Position numbers and translations under genes: made by a program
In this document: piece after piece, positions 63,946 to 64,000 of the stretch
Position numbering within the stretch: the first letter of the stretch is position 1
Layout: each line of letters starts with the position of its first letter
IMG/VR virus record: IMGVR_UViG_3300042352_000969
Span: 19,092-83,091 of that record
Origin: a virus
Lineage: Duplodnaviria > Caudoviricetes
Strand: one strand, 5' to 3'
Length of the DNA: 64,000 nucleotides
The notes under the pieces: model-generated
What the model was told of the DNA's origin: nothing
The model's database searches: none
Seen by the model: only the letters and a program-made list of their open reading frames with translations

Positions 63946-64000
63946 ATTTTTTACAAGACATAAAGCCTTATGATAACGCCATGCTTCCCGGCGTTCGATT
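63942..64000 (+). CDS. Partial ORF, probably the Pol III alpha catalytic core
   Basis: MNFLQDIKPYDNAMLPGVR..., ATGA-coupled to the exonuclease. Identity inferred from context only. Confidence 0.4.
   Translation, partial: MNFLQDIKPYDNAMLPGVR

Noticed and set aside
1-64000. Stop-codon reassignment
   Set aside because: Genes are intact under the standard code, and TAA, TGA and TAG all end well-supported genes (for example TAG in gmd).
1-64000. tRNA, rRNA or riboswitch genes
   Set aside because: Intergenic gaps are short and explained by promoters or terminators. No cloverleaf was seen by eye; tRNAscan-SE and Infernal were not run.

Overview
The window is a 64-kb internal segment of a large, AT-rich, apparently lytic tailed phage (Caudoviricetes) read with the standard genetic code. 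Its tail tip is lambda-like (gpM/L/K/I/J), implying a non-contractile tail. I found no integrase, tRNA, rRNA or CRISPR array. Left to right: (i) glycosyltransferases plus a divergent sulfotransferase / APS-kinase pair (1-2580); (ii) a neck and tail-tube block on the minus strand, divergent from the tail chaperones and a 2719-aa tape-measure protein; (iii) tail-tip genes with lectin-like inserts and a 1674-aa fibre carrying about 400 residues of Ser/Thr Gly-X-Y repeat, followed by a GT25 and a second tail-tube paralogue; (iv) Hsp20 with a sigma54-type promoter, GT4, a phage sigma factor and a dNMP kinase; (v) an 11-kb glycan synthesis and decoration island ending in fcl-gmd; (vi) class II RNR, a small late operon and the replication module (RecA, DnaB, DnaG, RecB/Cas4-like nuclease, split Pol III). 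Top candidates for undescribed biology: (1) the tape-measure protein carries two PD-(D/E)xK nuclease-like cassettes and one GNAT cassette between five G(F/Y)IPNFA repeats, which looks like a modular virion-delivered effector array; (2) a phage-encoded glycosylation, sulfation and methylation system with an obvious candidate substrate, the proline-free Ser/Thr collagen-like fibre; (3) a GTGTAA-N8/9-ATG promoter class consistent with leaderless, Shine-Dalgarno-independent expression. All functional calls come from motifs read by eye; no database search was run.
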